Assembly: GCF_964204645.1 (NCBI RefSeq)
Contig: NC_134033.1
Location: 2,624,131-2,688,130 of the forward strand
Reading direction: 5' to 3'
Source of the DNA: Tubulanus polymorphus
Lineage: Eukaryota; Animalia; Nemertea
Length of the DNA stretch: 64,000 bases
Below, one piece after another: positions 23,618 through 36,668 of this stretch (positions within the stretch are counted from its first letter, which is position 1; each line of letters opens with the position of its first letter). The notes under the pieces were generated by a model. The model saw only the letters and a program-made list of their open reading frames with translations. It was not told where the DNA came from and ran no database searches. The translations under genes and the position numbers were made by a program.

Positions 23618-24823
23618 ATGAGAAACTTTACGCTACCTCCGCTACCGACACGGCCTACTCCACCAATGCCGCAGTTTATCAGGGCTTTCGTACATTTTCT
23701 CAGCGAGTACAATGTTGTATGGCGCGTTAAAATCGCTGAAGTATTATTAATATATCCGCTGGGAAGCGCGTTTAACTTTCTAACAATCATTTTACTGATA
23801 AAGTGTCGCAGATTTCAGTCAGTTCGTTACACGTTCCCCTATCTTATAACACTAGCGTTTTCGGATCAACTTGTCGTATTGTTTGGATTACGATCATTTG
23901 CTCACATCATCGTGTTAACCATAACCCGTGGATTAGGATACTATCCGGAATGTAAAAGTTGGACTCTATTAGGGCATCAAAAGGGCATCGCATCATGTCC
24001 ATCGATTTACTATTATTGGCATTATTTCTATCGAGTAATTGAACGGTATACTCCGGTTTGTTACATCGAGAATTTGTTCAATAATCAAGCGATCACTGTG
24101 TCTAATTATATCATTGTTGTGATTTCTATCGAGAGATTTGTCTCCGTTCGTTTTCCTTTTTTTCACATGCAACATTTTACCGAAATTCGACGTAGATTTG
24201 CCGTAATAATTGCAGTCACTTTTGCCGTCATTTTGAACTTGGATCTGCCGATAATAAATCGAATTAGGTTAATAGAAAGGAATGATGGTGGCTTTGATGA
24301 GTTTATCTGTAGTTATAATAATCCTGACAACATTTTAACGGTTCAAACATACAGATCTGTTGCGGTATTTATTCGGGATATAGTCCCGGCTTTCATTGTA
24401 GTAACAACATCAGTGGCAACTGCTAGAATTCGCCGGGGAGGTAAAACACGTATTGGCGCCTCAGTCGGCAACAGTCGTCATAAAACTGAAACCAGTAAAA
24501 CACTTCTACTAATAGTTCTTGTTTATCTGTTACTAGTAATGCCATACGCTATATGTGAATGTACGGACAAGTTGAGCAGTTTGGTGCCCTTTTTAGTGCG
24601 TCGAATTAATGGCTTTGAAATCACTATCGGAGAAACCCCCATCCTACAATTCTTTGTTAGGATACTGTGGAATATATTAGCCCGGATATTAACGCTTCCT
24701 CGACAGTGCGTTTTCTGCGTGAATTTCTTTATATACGTAACAACGCTGAGAGTTTTCCGACACAAACTTGTCGGTGTTTTCCGCTGTAACTGTCGCCGAA
24801 CGATTCCGAGTCAGTCCCAGTAG
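23618..24823 (+). CDS. Class A GPCR, 401 aa
   Basis: Intact paralogue. Confidence 0.9.
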   Translation: MRNFTLPPLPTRPTPPMPQFIRAFVHFLSEYNVVWRVKIAEVLLIYPLGSAFNFLTIILLIKCRRFQSVRYTFPYLITLAFSDQLVVLFGLRSFAHIIVLTITRGLGYYPECKSWTLLGHQKGIASCPSIYYYWHYFYRVIERYTPVCYIENLFNNQAITVSNYIIVVISIERFVSVRFPFFHMQHFTEIRRRFAVIIAVTFAVILNLDLPIINRIRLIERNDGGFDEFICSYNNPDNILTVQTYRSVAVFIRDIVPAFIVVTTSVATARIRRGGKTRIGASVGNSRHKTETSKTLLLIVLVYLLLVMPYAICECTDKLSSLVPFLVRRINGFEITIGETPILQFFVRILWNILARILTLPRQCVFCVNFFIYVTTLRVFRHKLVGVFRCNCRRTIPSQSQ

Positions 24824-25699
24824 TCAGTGGGGTAAGGCGTGATGCTGTTGCATTCATTCACTACCCTATCAGTGTCGAGTGGCAAACGGGTTTGAGTTCT
24901 GCTGGCTGCTTACAGTGCGTGCGGGGCTGTTGTCCAATCGTGACGGTAGATGATGGTAAATCAATGATCCAAAAGGATTGAAATAAATGATATTAATATC
25001 ACTTAAGCTGTACCATTTAATCAATTACCTAAACTTGATATTTAATGTCGTGGAAGCTAGGAACAAGGAAATTAACTTAGTTTTATTGAAGCCTCGATCG
25101 ATGAAATATATTGATTAATGTTTTCGATAATGAATAACTGAATGACAATGGGAACAGCATTAAACGAATATGATACCAAGATTCATTCGCATCTGCGATG
25201 TACGGCGTATTCAGATCTCACTGGCCATGTTTTGGTAGAAAAAAAACATATCATCAATTCAATCCATTGAATCGATAATATTGATCGGCAACTAATATTG
25301 CCCCAATGGAATCCTAGTAGTCAATTAAGATTCATTACCAAAAATATAATTCACAAAATTTTGCTTATTGTAAAATAATGGCCAAAATGTTCTCAACTGT
25401 ATTTTATATTGACGCCGGTTTGTGAAACGCCAATATCGATGACGTAGTGCACGTCATCGACACACACACTACCCTAACCCCTCCCTTTTCGGAAAAACCG
25501 CAAAAGGTTGAAGCTCATTTTTGCTTTTTTCTCAAAAAGATAAACCTGCTTGTCTTAACTCTCAAGTTCATCGATATCCATCAGATATTCCAGTCTGTAT
25601 CGTGCTGAACAAGAAATCCAAGATGGCTACCCTGGTGGCCATATTTGACGTCTGACCTCCATTTAGAAAGTGTTGGGCATTGAAACGACTGTAAGACAT

Positions 25700-26369
25700 C
25701 CAGGAAGAAAGATACTCTAAATATTTGGATGGATATATGAAAGCTGTGGGTACTGGAGTGTGTAATGGGTAGTGTAGTGTGATCTGTGTGCATTTGTGGC
25801 CAGCACACAGATCACATTGTTCATTGGGGTTTGGTCCAGGACTCGCAAGATTTTCAACAACACGGAAGTAACGTGTAATAAATGATGACTTGAATTGCAT
25901 GACTACCTACCACCCCTCATTATTGTTGGAAAACTAAACGTTCGGCACTGACTAAAAATGAGTAATAACATTTTAGAAATTGCCAGAATTTTAACTTAGG
26001 TTCTATCTCTTTTTTATTTTACAATTGCGATTGGTATAATTTTTTTTTAAACGGCCGTTAAGGCTTCATGTTTCGTCTGCAATTCACTGCAAATAGTTAC
26101 GCAACTACGCACATTTCAGTGTTTTTGGCAGCTGTACACTCAATCGGCACCGTTCGTGACTAGCTTCACTGCGGAATTATCATTAACTAACATCGCCATA
26201 TCACATCATCAACTTATATTGAGCCTTAAAACTCTAACAGCCGAAATAATTGAAATGCACACACGATTTCTATCATTGAAAATTGAGAGAGTGGCCATGT
26301 TTGTGTTTGCTGCTTCGCGTAAATCCCGCGCGGTGGCGCAACCGCGCGGAGTGGGGCCGATACGTCCAG
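25700..26369 (+). mobile_element. ~670-bp repeat, left arm of an inverted pair (may extend further left)
   Basis: Homologous to 15821..16493; GC hairpin CCGCGCGGT-GGCGCA-ACCGCGCGG at 26326-26349; ends GGCCGATACGTCCAG. Confidence 0.75.
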
Positions 26370-27674
26370 TTCAGCGCTGAGTTACAAGCTGGTTCTAGTC
26401 CTGCTGGCTGTGTACAGTGTACGGGGCCTTAATCCCATCCTGAAGGTGAAACCATGATAAATGGATAACCCAACAGGGTCAGTATGTGGTGAAACCAAGA
26501 TCCAACTCTAAAGCAAGATAAACTCTCATTACAAATAAAACGTTATTAATATCACTAAAACTGTACCATTTAATCAATTCTCTGCACTTGATATCAATGT
26601 TGTTGAAGCTTTAAACAAGAAAACTAACTAACTCAGTTTATTGAAGCCTTGAACGATAAAATGCATTGCTTAATATTGTCGATAATGAATAACTGAACGT
26701 TTGTGTTAAAACACGGAGGATTAAACGAAAATATGATACCAAGACTCAACTGCATCCGCGGTGCATTTCGTATTCAGATTTCACTGATCACATTTAGGTA
26801 GTAAATTTATATCGACAATTTAATGTTGTGCTAATTGCGATCGAAATTCATTTTAAAGAAGAAATAAAAATTCACCAGATAGAAAATAAGGATCGGGCCA
26901 CATCAAAAAAGATACGACACTCGATATTCATCATTCATTTTTTTGTTTACATTTTGTACTTTTCGTGTTAACGCCACGTTACAACCAACCTTTCGGGGAG
27001 ACCAACTCAAACAAAAACAAACAAACGAAATCGACCAATCAAATAAGTTATAGGGTCAATCAGTATTTTCAGATGAAGAAAATTCTAACCTATCGTTTTT
27101 ACTGCGAATTAAGAAAATATGGTTTTAACAAAAAAAAACAGGTTAAACCCGAAAAGACCACGTTACAACGAACAACTGATCTTTCTTAAAATCTTAAAGC
27201 AGTGATTGACCCTGATGTTCATTTAATTAGGTAGATTTCACTTGATTTGTTTCGATTTGATCAGTGTCCCTTACAGACCCACCCACGACACCTGCCGGGA
27301 ACGAAACAGGGGGTTCGAATTAGAAATCAGCAAAGCAATCGAAGTACAGATATAGTTGGCGATATATATCCGATCGGTTGTCCAATTTACAGATTTTCTT
27401 TGTTTGAATCGAAGTACGTAATTGGAACTGGTTTAAAAATGGCTCAAAACGAGAAAAATGTGGCGTTATGGCGGCTAGAAACTTTAAAACGGTTACTAAA
27501 TCTTACATTCAACGAGCGCTCTTTCAGTTAATTTTTGCTTTCTTGGCCTTATCTCTGTAAACTAGCTGCCAATAGATTTGTTGCGAAGTTAGACATTTTT
27601 CGCGAAATGGATCCTCGGACACATTGGTGGTTCAAAGAGTTTTCGACTGCGGGAACAAAAACTAGGGTTTCGTT

Positions 27675-28339
27675 CTGGACGTATCGGCCCCACGCCACGC
27701 GGTTGCGCCACCGCGCGGGATTTATGCGAAGCAGCAGAACACAAACATGGCCACTCTCTCAATTTTCAATGATAGAAATCGTGTGTGCATTTCAATTATT
27801 TCGGCTGTTAGGGTTTTAAGGCACAATACTAGTTGATGATGTGATATGGCGATGTTAATTAATGATAATTCCGCAGTGAAGCTAGTCACGAACGGTGCCG
27901 ATTGAGTGTACAGCTGCCAATAACACTGAAATGTGCGTAGTTGCGTAACTATTTCCAGTGAATTGCAGACGAAACATGAAGCCTTAACGGCCGTTTAAAA
28001 AAAATTATACCAATCGCAATTGTAAAATAAAAATGAGATAGAACCTAAGTTAAGCTGGCCATTTCTAAAATGTTATTACTTATTTTTAGTCAGTGCGGAA
28101 CGTTTAGTTTTCCAACAATAATGAGGGGTGGTAGGTAGTCATGCAATTCAAGTCATCATTTATTACACGTTACTTCCGTGTCGTTGAAAATCTCGCGAGT
28201 CCTGGACCAAACCCCAATGAACAATGTGATCTGTGTGCTGGCCACAAATGCACACAGATCACACTACACTACCCTATACACACTCCAGTACCCACAGCTT
28301 TCATATATCCATCCAAATATTTAGTGTCTTTCTTCCTGG
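27675..28339 (-). mobile_element. ~670-bp repeat, right arm of the inverted pair
   Basis: Reverse complement of 25700..26369; ORF 28141(+) translates almost the same as ORF 25568(-). Confidence 0.8.
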
Positions 28340-28883
28340 GTACTATTTTTGGGGCCCGGCCCTACGCACCTTCGAGCTGCTAACCTAATTGTTGTCTGAT
28401 GCCAGCAAGATATTCACACGGTTAGAATTTTACCAAATGTTGTCAAAATCGATTATAGGACCGATCAAATATGAATAAACACGCAACACAAATATTTGTT
28501 TTTATTTAAGAGAAAATATGGCTCAACCAACCGGACGAAAAGTATCCTAACAAAACGGCGGCAAGCAACTTTAAAATGGTTTCTAAAACTTACATTCAAA
28601 GCGCGCTCGTTCTCTGCGTTCTCAGTTCGTCTGTAATGTGCCTACGGCTGCATAAAGCCGACAGATTCGAAGCGCGTTCAACTACCATGTACGGAAAAGA
28701 AAAAAAAACAGGGAGTGTCAATCTAGAGAGCTTACCGGCAGTCTGCCGTGAGAGAGACAGACAGAGAGAGGGGAGAGAGAGGGAGGAGAGATATCGTAAA
28801 CTCGATGCTACTGAACTGGCTCAGTTTGTGCGAAGGAGGAAAACTTCAGGTTATCGCTCAAACGCTCGTGAGATTTATGTACG

Positions 28884-30107
28884 ATGAGAAACTTGACGCT
28901 GCCGTCGTTACCAACGCCCCCTGCAACACGGCCGCTACCTGCGTCGCCACCTCAGTTTATCAGGGCTTTCTTACATTTTCTCCATGAATACAATGTTGTA
29001 TGGCGCGTTAAAATCGCTGAAGTATTGTTCATATATCCGCTGGGAAGCGTGTTCAACTTTCTGACAATCATTTTACTGATAAAGTGTCGCAGATATCAGT
29101 CAGTTCGTTACACGTTCCCCTATCTCATAACTCTAGCGTTTTCGGATCAACTTGTCGTGTTGTTTGGTTTAAGATCATTCGCTCACACCATCGTGTCAAC
29201 CATAACCCGTGGATTAGGATACTATCCGGAATGTAAAAGTTGGACTCTACTTGGGCGTCAAAAGGGCATCGCATCATGTCCATCGATTTACTATTATTGG
29301 CATTATTTCTATCGAGTAATTGAACGGTATACTCCAGTTTGTTACATCGATAATTTGTTTAAAAATCAATCGATCACTGTGTCTAATTATATCATTGTTG
29401 TGATTTCTATCGAGAGATTTGTCTCCGTTCGTTTTCCTTTTTTTCACATGAAACATTTCACCGTAACTCGCCGTAGATTCGCCGTAATAATTGTAGTCGC
29501 TTTTGCCGTCATTTTAAACTTGGATTTACCGATATTCAATAGAATTAGGTTATCAAAAAGGCGTAATGGTGGCTACCACGAGTTCTACTGTAGTTATTAT
29601 AGCAATCGTGACAACGCTGTCATGATTCGTACATACAGATCTGTTGCGGTATTTATTCGGGATATAGTCCCGGTTTTGATTGTAGTTACAACATCAGTGG
29701 CAACTGCTAGAATTCGCCGGGGAGGTAAAACACGTATTGGCGCCTCAGTCGGCAACAGTCGTCATAAAACTGAAACCAGTAAAACACTTCTACTAATAGT
29801 TCTTGTTTATCTGGTACTAGTAATGCCATACGCTATATGTGACTGTTGGGACAAGTTGTACAATTTGGTGTTCTCGTTAGTGCGTCGATTAAATGGCTTT
29901 GAAATCACTCCTACAGAAACCCCCATCGTTTTCTTTTTTGCTATAATGCTGTGGAATATATTAGCCAAGATATTAACGTTTCCTCGACAGTGCGTTTTCT
30001 GCGTGAATTTCTTCATATACGTAACAACGCTGAGAGTTTTCCGACACAAACTTGTCGGTGTTTTACGCTGTAACTGTCGCCGAACGATTCTGAGTAAGTC
30101 CCAGTAG
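28884..30107 (+). CDS. Class A GPCR, 407 aa
   Basis: Intact paralogue. Confidence 0.9.
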   Translation: MRNLTLPSLPTPPATRPLPASPPQFIRAFLHFLHEYNVVWRVKIAEVLFIYPLGSVFNFLTIILLIKCRRYQSVRYTFPYLITLAFSDQLVVLFGLRSFAHTIVSTITRGLGYYPECKSWTLLGRQKGIASCPSIYYYWHYFYRVIERYTPVCYIDNLFKNQSITVSNYIIVVISIERFVSVRFPFFHMKHFTVTRRRFAVIIVVAFAVILNLDLPIFNRIRLSKRRNGGYHEFYCSYYSNRDNAVMIRTYRSVAVFIRDIVPVLIVVTTSVATARIRRGGKTRIGASVGNSRHKTETSKTLLLIVLVYLVLVMPYAICDCWDKLYNLVFSLVRRLNGFEITPTETPIVFFFAIMLWNILAKILTFPRQCVFCVNFFIYVTTLRVFRHKLVGVLRCNCRRTILSKSQ

Positions 30108-32146
30108 TCAGTGGGATAAGGCGAGATGCATTCACTATCAGTGTTGAGCGGTATCGGGTTCGAGTCCTGCTGCCTGCTTATAGCGTGTGCGGGCTTCGAG
30201 TCCTGCTGGCTGCTTATAGAGTGTGCAGCAACACTTCGCAGACCTTGGTCCCGTCGGGATAGAATCTCAGGGGGGGGGGGGCAGACTTGGGAAAACCAAT
30301 CCGGTGTTGAATCACAAATCCAGCTTCCCATCCTAATGTAAACGATGGTAATAATTAACCCAACAGGGTTAGTGTGGTGAAATTAAGATCCAACTGACGT
30401 AAAGCGCTGAGTAACAAGCAGGTTCTAGTCCTGCTGGCTGTGTACAGTGTACGGGGCCTTAATCCCATCCTGAAGGTGAAACCATGATAAATGAACCCAA
30501 CAGGGTTAGTTTGTGGTAAAACCAAGATCCAACTCTAAAGCAAGACAAACACTAATTTGAAATAAAACGTTATTAATATCACTAAAACTGTACCATTTAA
30601 TCAATTCTCTTCACTTGATATCAATGTTGTTGAAGCTTTAAACAAGAAAACTAACTAACTCAGTTTATTGAAGCCTTGAACGATAAAATGCATTGCTTTA
30701 TATTGTCGATAATGAATAACTGAACGTTTGTGTTAAAACACGGAGGATTAAACGAATATCATACCAGGACTCAACCGCATCCGCGGTGCATATTTCACTG
30801 ATCACATTTAGGTAGTAAATATATATCGACAATTTAATGTTGTCTTAATTGCGATCGAAATTCATTTTAAAGAAGAAATAAAAATTCACCAGATAGAAAA
30901 TAAGGATCGGGCCACATCAAAAAAGATACGACACTCGATATTCATCATTCATTTTTTTGTTTACATTTTGTACTTTTCGTGTTAACGCCACGTTACAACC
31001 AACCTTTCGGGGAGACCAACTCAAACAAAAACAAACAAACGAAATCGACCAATCAAATAAGTTATAGGGTCAATCAGTATTTTCAGATAAAGAAAATTCT
31101 AACCTATCGTTTTTTACTGCGAATTAAGAAAATATGGTTTCAACAAAAAAAAACAGGTTAAACCCGAAAAGACCACGTTACAACGAACAACCGATCTTTC
31201 TTAAAATCTTAAAGTAGTGATTGACCCTGAAGTTCATTTAATTAGGTTCACTTGATTTGTTTCGATTTGATCAGTGTCCCTTACAGACCCACCCACGACA
31301 ACTGCCGGGAACGAAACAGGGGGTTCGAATTAGAAATCAGCAATCGAAGTACAGATATAGCTGGCGATATATATCCGATCGGTTGTCGAATTTACAGATT
31401 TTTTTCGTTTAAATCGGAGTTCGTAATTGGAACTGGTTTAAACATGGCTCAAAACGAGAAAAATGTGGCGTTATGGCGGCTAGAAACTTTAAAACGGTTA
31501 CTGAATCTTACATTCAACGAGCGCTCTTTCAGTTACTTTTTACTTACTTGGTCATATCTCTGTAAACTAACTGTCGATAAATTTGTAGCGAAGGTAGACA
31601 TTTTTCGCGAAATGGATCCTCGGACACACTGGTGGTTCAAAGAGTTTTCGATTGCGACAACAAGAAACTAGGGTTTGGATTTTGAAAATCGATCGAAAAT
31701 CGAAGCACGGATAGCTGGATGTTTTAGCATTGGTTCTGGATATTCAAAGTTATGCTGCAGCTTTAGTAGTGAATATATATAGTTTAAATTTCTTTCATAT
31801 TGTCGCATCAAACCACGAAATAGAACATGTTATATGTATATACATATTTCTGCGCGTGATTTCAAAAATAATACACGACGAGAAATATGTTCACAGTTCG
31901 TCTGTAATTTGCATGTTGCTGCATAAAGCCGACAGATTCGAAGCGCGTTCAACAACCATGTACGGAAAAAACAGGGAGTGTCAATTTAGAGAGCTTACCG
32001 GCAGTCTGACGTAAGGGAGTGAGAGAGGGAGGAGAGAGGAAGTAGAGAGTTGGAGAGAGAGAGGGAGAGAGAGAGGAAGGAGAGAGAGATGGCAGAGTGA
32101 GGGAGAGATATCGTAAACTCGTAAACGCTCGTGAGATTTATATACG

Positions 32147-33409
32147 ATGAGAAATTTTACGCTGTCGCCACTACCGCAGCTACTACCGACACGACAGCTA
32201 CTACCGACACGACAGCTACTACCGACACGACAGCTACTACCGACACGGCCGCCACCTTCGCTGCCAATGCCGCAGTTTATCAGGGCTTTCAATAAATTTC
32301 TCTACGAAAACAATGTTTTTAGGCGCGTTGATATCGCTGAAGTATTGTTCCTGTATCCGCTGGGAAGCGTGTTCAACTTTCTGACGATCATTTCACTGAT
32401 AAAGTGTCGCAGATATCAGTCGGTTCGTTACACGTTCCCCTATCTCATAACACTAGCGTTTTCGGATCAACTTGTCGTGTTGTTTGGTTTAAGGAAATTC
32501 GCGAACACCATTGTGTCAATCCTAACCCGTGGATTAGGATACTATCCGGAATGTAAAAGTTGGACTCTACTTGGGCGTCAAAAGGGCATCGCATCATGTC
32601 CATCGATTTACTATTATTGGCATTATTTCTATCGTGTAATTGAACGGTATACTCCGGTTTGTTACATCGAGAATTTGTTCAATAATCAAGCGATCACTGT
32701 GTCTAATTATATCATTGTTGTGATTTCTATCGAGAGATTTGTCTCCGTTCGGTTTCCTTTTCTTCACATGCAACATTTCACTGGAACTCGACGTAGATTT
32801 GCCGTAATAATTGTAGTCGTTTTTGCAACCATTTTAAACTTGGATTTACCGATATTTAATCGAATTAGGTTATCAACGATTGGCTTATACTTATGTAGTT
32901 ATAATAATCCCGACAACACTCTCATGGTTCGTACATACAGATCTGTTGCGGTATTTATTCGGGATATAGTCCCGGCTTTCATTGTATTAACAACATCAGT
33001 GGCAACTGCTAGAATTCGCCGTGGAGGTAAAACACGTATTGGCGCCTCAGTCGGCAACAGTCGTCATAAAACTGAAACCAGTAAAACACTTCTACTAATA
33101 GTTCTTGTTTATCTGTTACTAGTAATGCCATACGCTACATGTGACTGTACGGACAAGTTGAGCAGTTTGGTGCCCTTGTTGGTGCGTCGAATAAATGGCT
33201 TCAAAATCACTTTTAGAACAACCCCCATCATTTTCTTCTTTGTTAGGATACTGTGGAATATATTAGCCCGGATATTAACGCTTCCTCGACAATGCGTTTT
33301 CTGCGTGAATTTCTTTATATACGTAACAACGCTGAGAGTTTTCCGACACAAACTTGTCGGTGTTTTCCGCTGTAACTGTCGCCGAACGATTCCGAGTCAG
33401 TCCCAGTAG
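32147..33409 (+). CDS. Class A GPCR, 420 aa, (QLLPTR)x4
   Basis: Intact paralogue; 18-bp repeat at 32177-32248. Confidence 0.9.
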   Translation: MRNFTLSPLPQLLPTRQLLPTRQLLPTRQLLPTRPPPSLPMPQFIRAFNKFLYENNVFRRVDIAEVLFLYPLGSVFNFLTIISLIKCRRYQSVRYTFPYLITLAFSDQLVVLFGLRKFANTIVSILTRGLGYYPECKSWTLLGRQKGIASCPSIYYYWHYFYRVIERYTPVCYIENLFNNQAITVSNYIIVVISIERFVSVRFPFLHMQHFTGTRRRFAVIIVVVFATILNLDLPIFNRIRLSTIGLYLCSYNNPDNTLMVRTYRSVAVFIRDIVPAFIVLTTSVATARIRRGGKTRIGASVGNSRHKTETSKTLLLIVLVYLLLVMPYATCDCTDKLSSLVPLLVRRINGFKITFRTTPIIFFFVRILWNILARILTLPRQCVFCVNFFIYVTTLRVFRHKLVGVFRCNCRRTIPSQSQ

Positions 33410-35456
33410 TCAGTGGGATAAGGCGAGATGCATTTACTATCAGTGTTGAGCGGTATCGGGTTCGAGTCCTGCTGCCTGCAGCGTGTGCGGGCTTCGAGTC
33501 CTGCTGGCTGCTTATAGAGTGTGCGGGCAACACTTCGCGGACCTTGGTCCCGTCGGGATAGAATCTCGGGGGGGGGGGGCAGTCTTGGGAAAACCAATCC
33601 GGTGTAGAATCACAAATCCATCTTCCCATCCTAATGTAAACGATGGTAATAATTAACCCAACAGGGTTAGTGTGGTGAAATTAAGATCCAACTGACGTAA
33701 AGCGCTGAGTTACAAGCAGGTTCTAGTCCTGCTGGCTGTGTACAGTGTACGGGGCCTTAATCCCATCCTGAAGGTAAACCGTGTTAAATGAAACCAACAG
33801 GGTTAGTATGTGGTGAAACCAAGATCCAACTCTAAAGCAAGATAAACTCTTATTTGAAATAAAACGTTATTAATATCGCTAAAACTGTACCATTTAATCA
33901 ATTCTCTTCACTTGATATTAATGTTGTTGAAGCTTTAAACAAGAAAACTAACTAACTCAGTTTATTGAAGCCTTGAACGATAAAATGCATTGCTTAATAT
34001 TGTCGAAAATGAATTACTGAGCGTTTTTGTTAAAAACAGGGCGGATTTGACGAAAATATGGTCAATATACCAGGTCTAAACCGCATCTGCGGTGCATATC
34101 GCATTCAGATTTCAATGGTCACATTTAGGTAGTGAATTTATATCGACAATTCAATGTTGTCCTAATTGCGATCGAAATTCATTTTAAAGAAGACATAAAA
34201 ATTCATCAGATAGAAAATAATATTCGGGCCACATTCAACAAGATACGACGCTCGATAATCACTAATCATTTTTTTTTTTACATTTTTACACTATTCGTTT
34301 TAACGCCACGTTACAACCAACCTTTCGGGGAGACCAACTCAAAAAATCAAACGAAATCATTGACCAATCAAATAAATTATAGGGTCAATCCGTATTTTAA
34401 TATATAGAAAGAATTAGCCTTTCGTTTTTACTGCGAATCAGCAAATATGGTTTCAACAAAAAAAAAACAGGTTAAACCCGAAAAGACCACGTTACAACGA
34501 ACAACTGATCTTTCTTAAAATTCTTAAGTAGTGATTGACCCTGAAGTTCATTTAATTGATAGATTTCGCTTGATTTGTTTCGATTTGATCGGTGTCCCTT
34601 ACAGACCCACCCACGACACCTGCCGGGAACGAAACAGGGGGTTCAAATTAGAAATCAGCAATCGAAGTACAGATATAGTTGGCGATATATATCCGATCGG
34701 TTGTCGGATTTACAGAATTTTTTCGTTTAAATCGGAGTTCGTAATTGGAACTGGTTTAAACATGGCTCAAAACGAGAAAAATGTGGCGTTATGGCGGCTA
34801 GGAACTTTAAAACGGTTACTGAATCTTACATTCAACGCGCGCTCTTTCAGTTACTTTTTACTTACTTGGCCATATCTCTGTAAACTAGCCGCCAATAAAT
34901 TTGTTGCGAAGTTAGACATTTTTCGCGAAATGGATCCTCGGACACTGGTGGTTCAATGAGTTTTCGATTGCGACAACAAGAAACTAGGGTTTGGATTTTG
35001 AAAATCGATCGAAAATCGAAGCACGGATAGCTGGATGTTTTAGCATTGGTTCTAGACTGGATATTCAAAGTTAGGCTGCAGCTTTAGTAGTGAATATATA
35101 TAGTTTAAATTCCTTTCATATTGTCGCGTCAAACCACGAAATACATACATATACATTTATTACATGTATATACATGTTACATGTATATACATATTTCTGC
35201 GCGTGATTTCAAAAATAATACACGACGAGAAATATGTTCACAGTTCGTCTGTAATGTGCGTATTGCTGCATAAAGCCGACAGATTCGAAGCGCATTCAAC
35301 AACCATGTACAAACAGGGAGTGTCAATCTGAAGAGCTTACCGGAGGAGAGAGGCAGGAGAGATATCGTAAACTCGATGTAACATAGAACTGAATCAGTTG
35401 ACGCGAAGGAGGAAAACTTCAAGTTAATTCTCAAGCGCTCGTGAGATTAATTTACG

Positions 35457-36668
35457 ATGAGAAATTTAACCCTAACCCCGCTACCTCCGCCACGTCCAGT
35501 TCCACTGCTGCAGTTTATCCGGGCGTTCGCGCAATTTTTCCGTGATAACGGTGTTTATAGACGCATGGATTTTGCTAAAGCATTGTTCCTGTATCCGCTG
35601 GGAAGCGTGTTCAACTTTCTGACAATCATTTTACTGATAAAGTGTCGCAAATATCAGTCGGTTCGTTACACGTTCCCCTATCTCATAACACTAGCGTTTT
35701 CGGATCAACTTGTCGTGTTGTTTGGTTTAAGAACATTCGCTGTAACCATCAGGACATTGGTTATCTACGAATTAGGATATCATCCGGAATGTAAGAGTCG
35801 GATGGTGTTTGAAAGTAAAGAGGCAAGTGCATTATGTCCATCGATTTACTATTACTGGTATTATTTCTATAGTGTAATAGAACGGAATATTCCGATATGT
35901 TACATCGAGAATTTGTTCAATAATCAAGCGATCACTGTGTCTAATTATATCATTGTTGTGATTTCTATCGAGAGATTTGTCTCCGTTCGTTTTCCATTTT
36001 TTCACATGAAAAATTTCACCGCAACTAACCGTAGATATGCCCTAATAATTGTGGTCGTTTTTGCAATCATTTTGAACTTAGATCTACCGATATTCAATAG
36101 AATTAGGTTAGTAAAAACAATTTATGGTGGCTACGATGTGTTCTCCTGTAGTCATAGTAGTTTTAATTTCGACATCATTGTCGTGATTCGTACATACAGA
36201 TCTGTTGCGGTATTTATTCGGGATATAGTCCCGGTTTTGATTGTAGTAACGACATCAGTAGCAACTGCTACAATTCGCCGGGGAGGTAAAACACGTATTG
36301 GCGCCTCAGTCGGCAACAGTCGTCATAAAACTGAAACCAGTAAAACACTTCTACTAATAGTTCTTGTTTATCTGGTACTAGTAATGCCATACGCTATATG
36401 TGAATGTTGGAACAATTTGTTCCATTTGGTGTTCTCGTTATCGATTATGATTAATCGCTTCGTAATCACTCCTACAGAAAACCCCATCATTTTCTTCTTT
36501 GTTTTAACGTTGTGGAACACATTATCCAATATGTTAACACTTCCTCGACAGTGCGTTTTCTGCCTGAATTTCTTTATATACGTAACAACGCTGAGAGTTT
36601 TCCGACACAAACTTGTCGGTGTTTTCCGCTGTAGTCCGCTTGTCAGTCCCAGTAGCTCAGTGGGTTAA
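35457..36668 (+). CDS. Class A GPCR, 403 aa, chimeric
   Basis: N-half resembles 13532; C-tail and 3' flank resemble 17316. Confidence 0.9.
   Translation: MRNLTLTPLPPPRPVPLLQFIRAFAQFFRDNGVYRRMDFAKALFLYPLGSVFNFLTIILLIKCRKYQSVRYTFPYLITLAFSDQLVVLFGLRTFAVTIRTLVIYELGYHPECKSRMVFESKEASALCPSIYYYWYYFYSVIERNIPICYIENLFNNQAITVSNYIIVVISIERFVSVRFPFFHMKNFTATNRRYALIIVVVFAIILNLDLPIFNRIRLVKTIYGGYDVFSCSHSSFNFDIIVVIRTYRSVAVFIRDIVPVLIVVTTSVATATIRRGGKTRIGASVGNSRHKTETSKTLLLIVLVYLVLVMPYAICECWNNLFHLVFSLSIMINRFVITPTENPIIFFFVLTLWNTLSNMLTLPRQCVFCLNFFIYVTTLRVFRHKLVGVFRCSPLVSPSSSVG

Noticed and set aside
28340-28395. Possible terminus of another non-autonomous element (GGGCCCGGCCCTACGCACCTTCG..CCTAATT)
   Set aside because: Single short occurrence; cannot be supported without a repeat library
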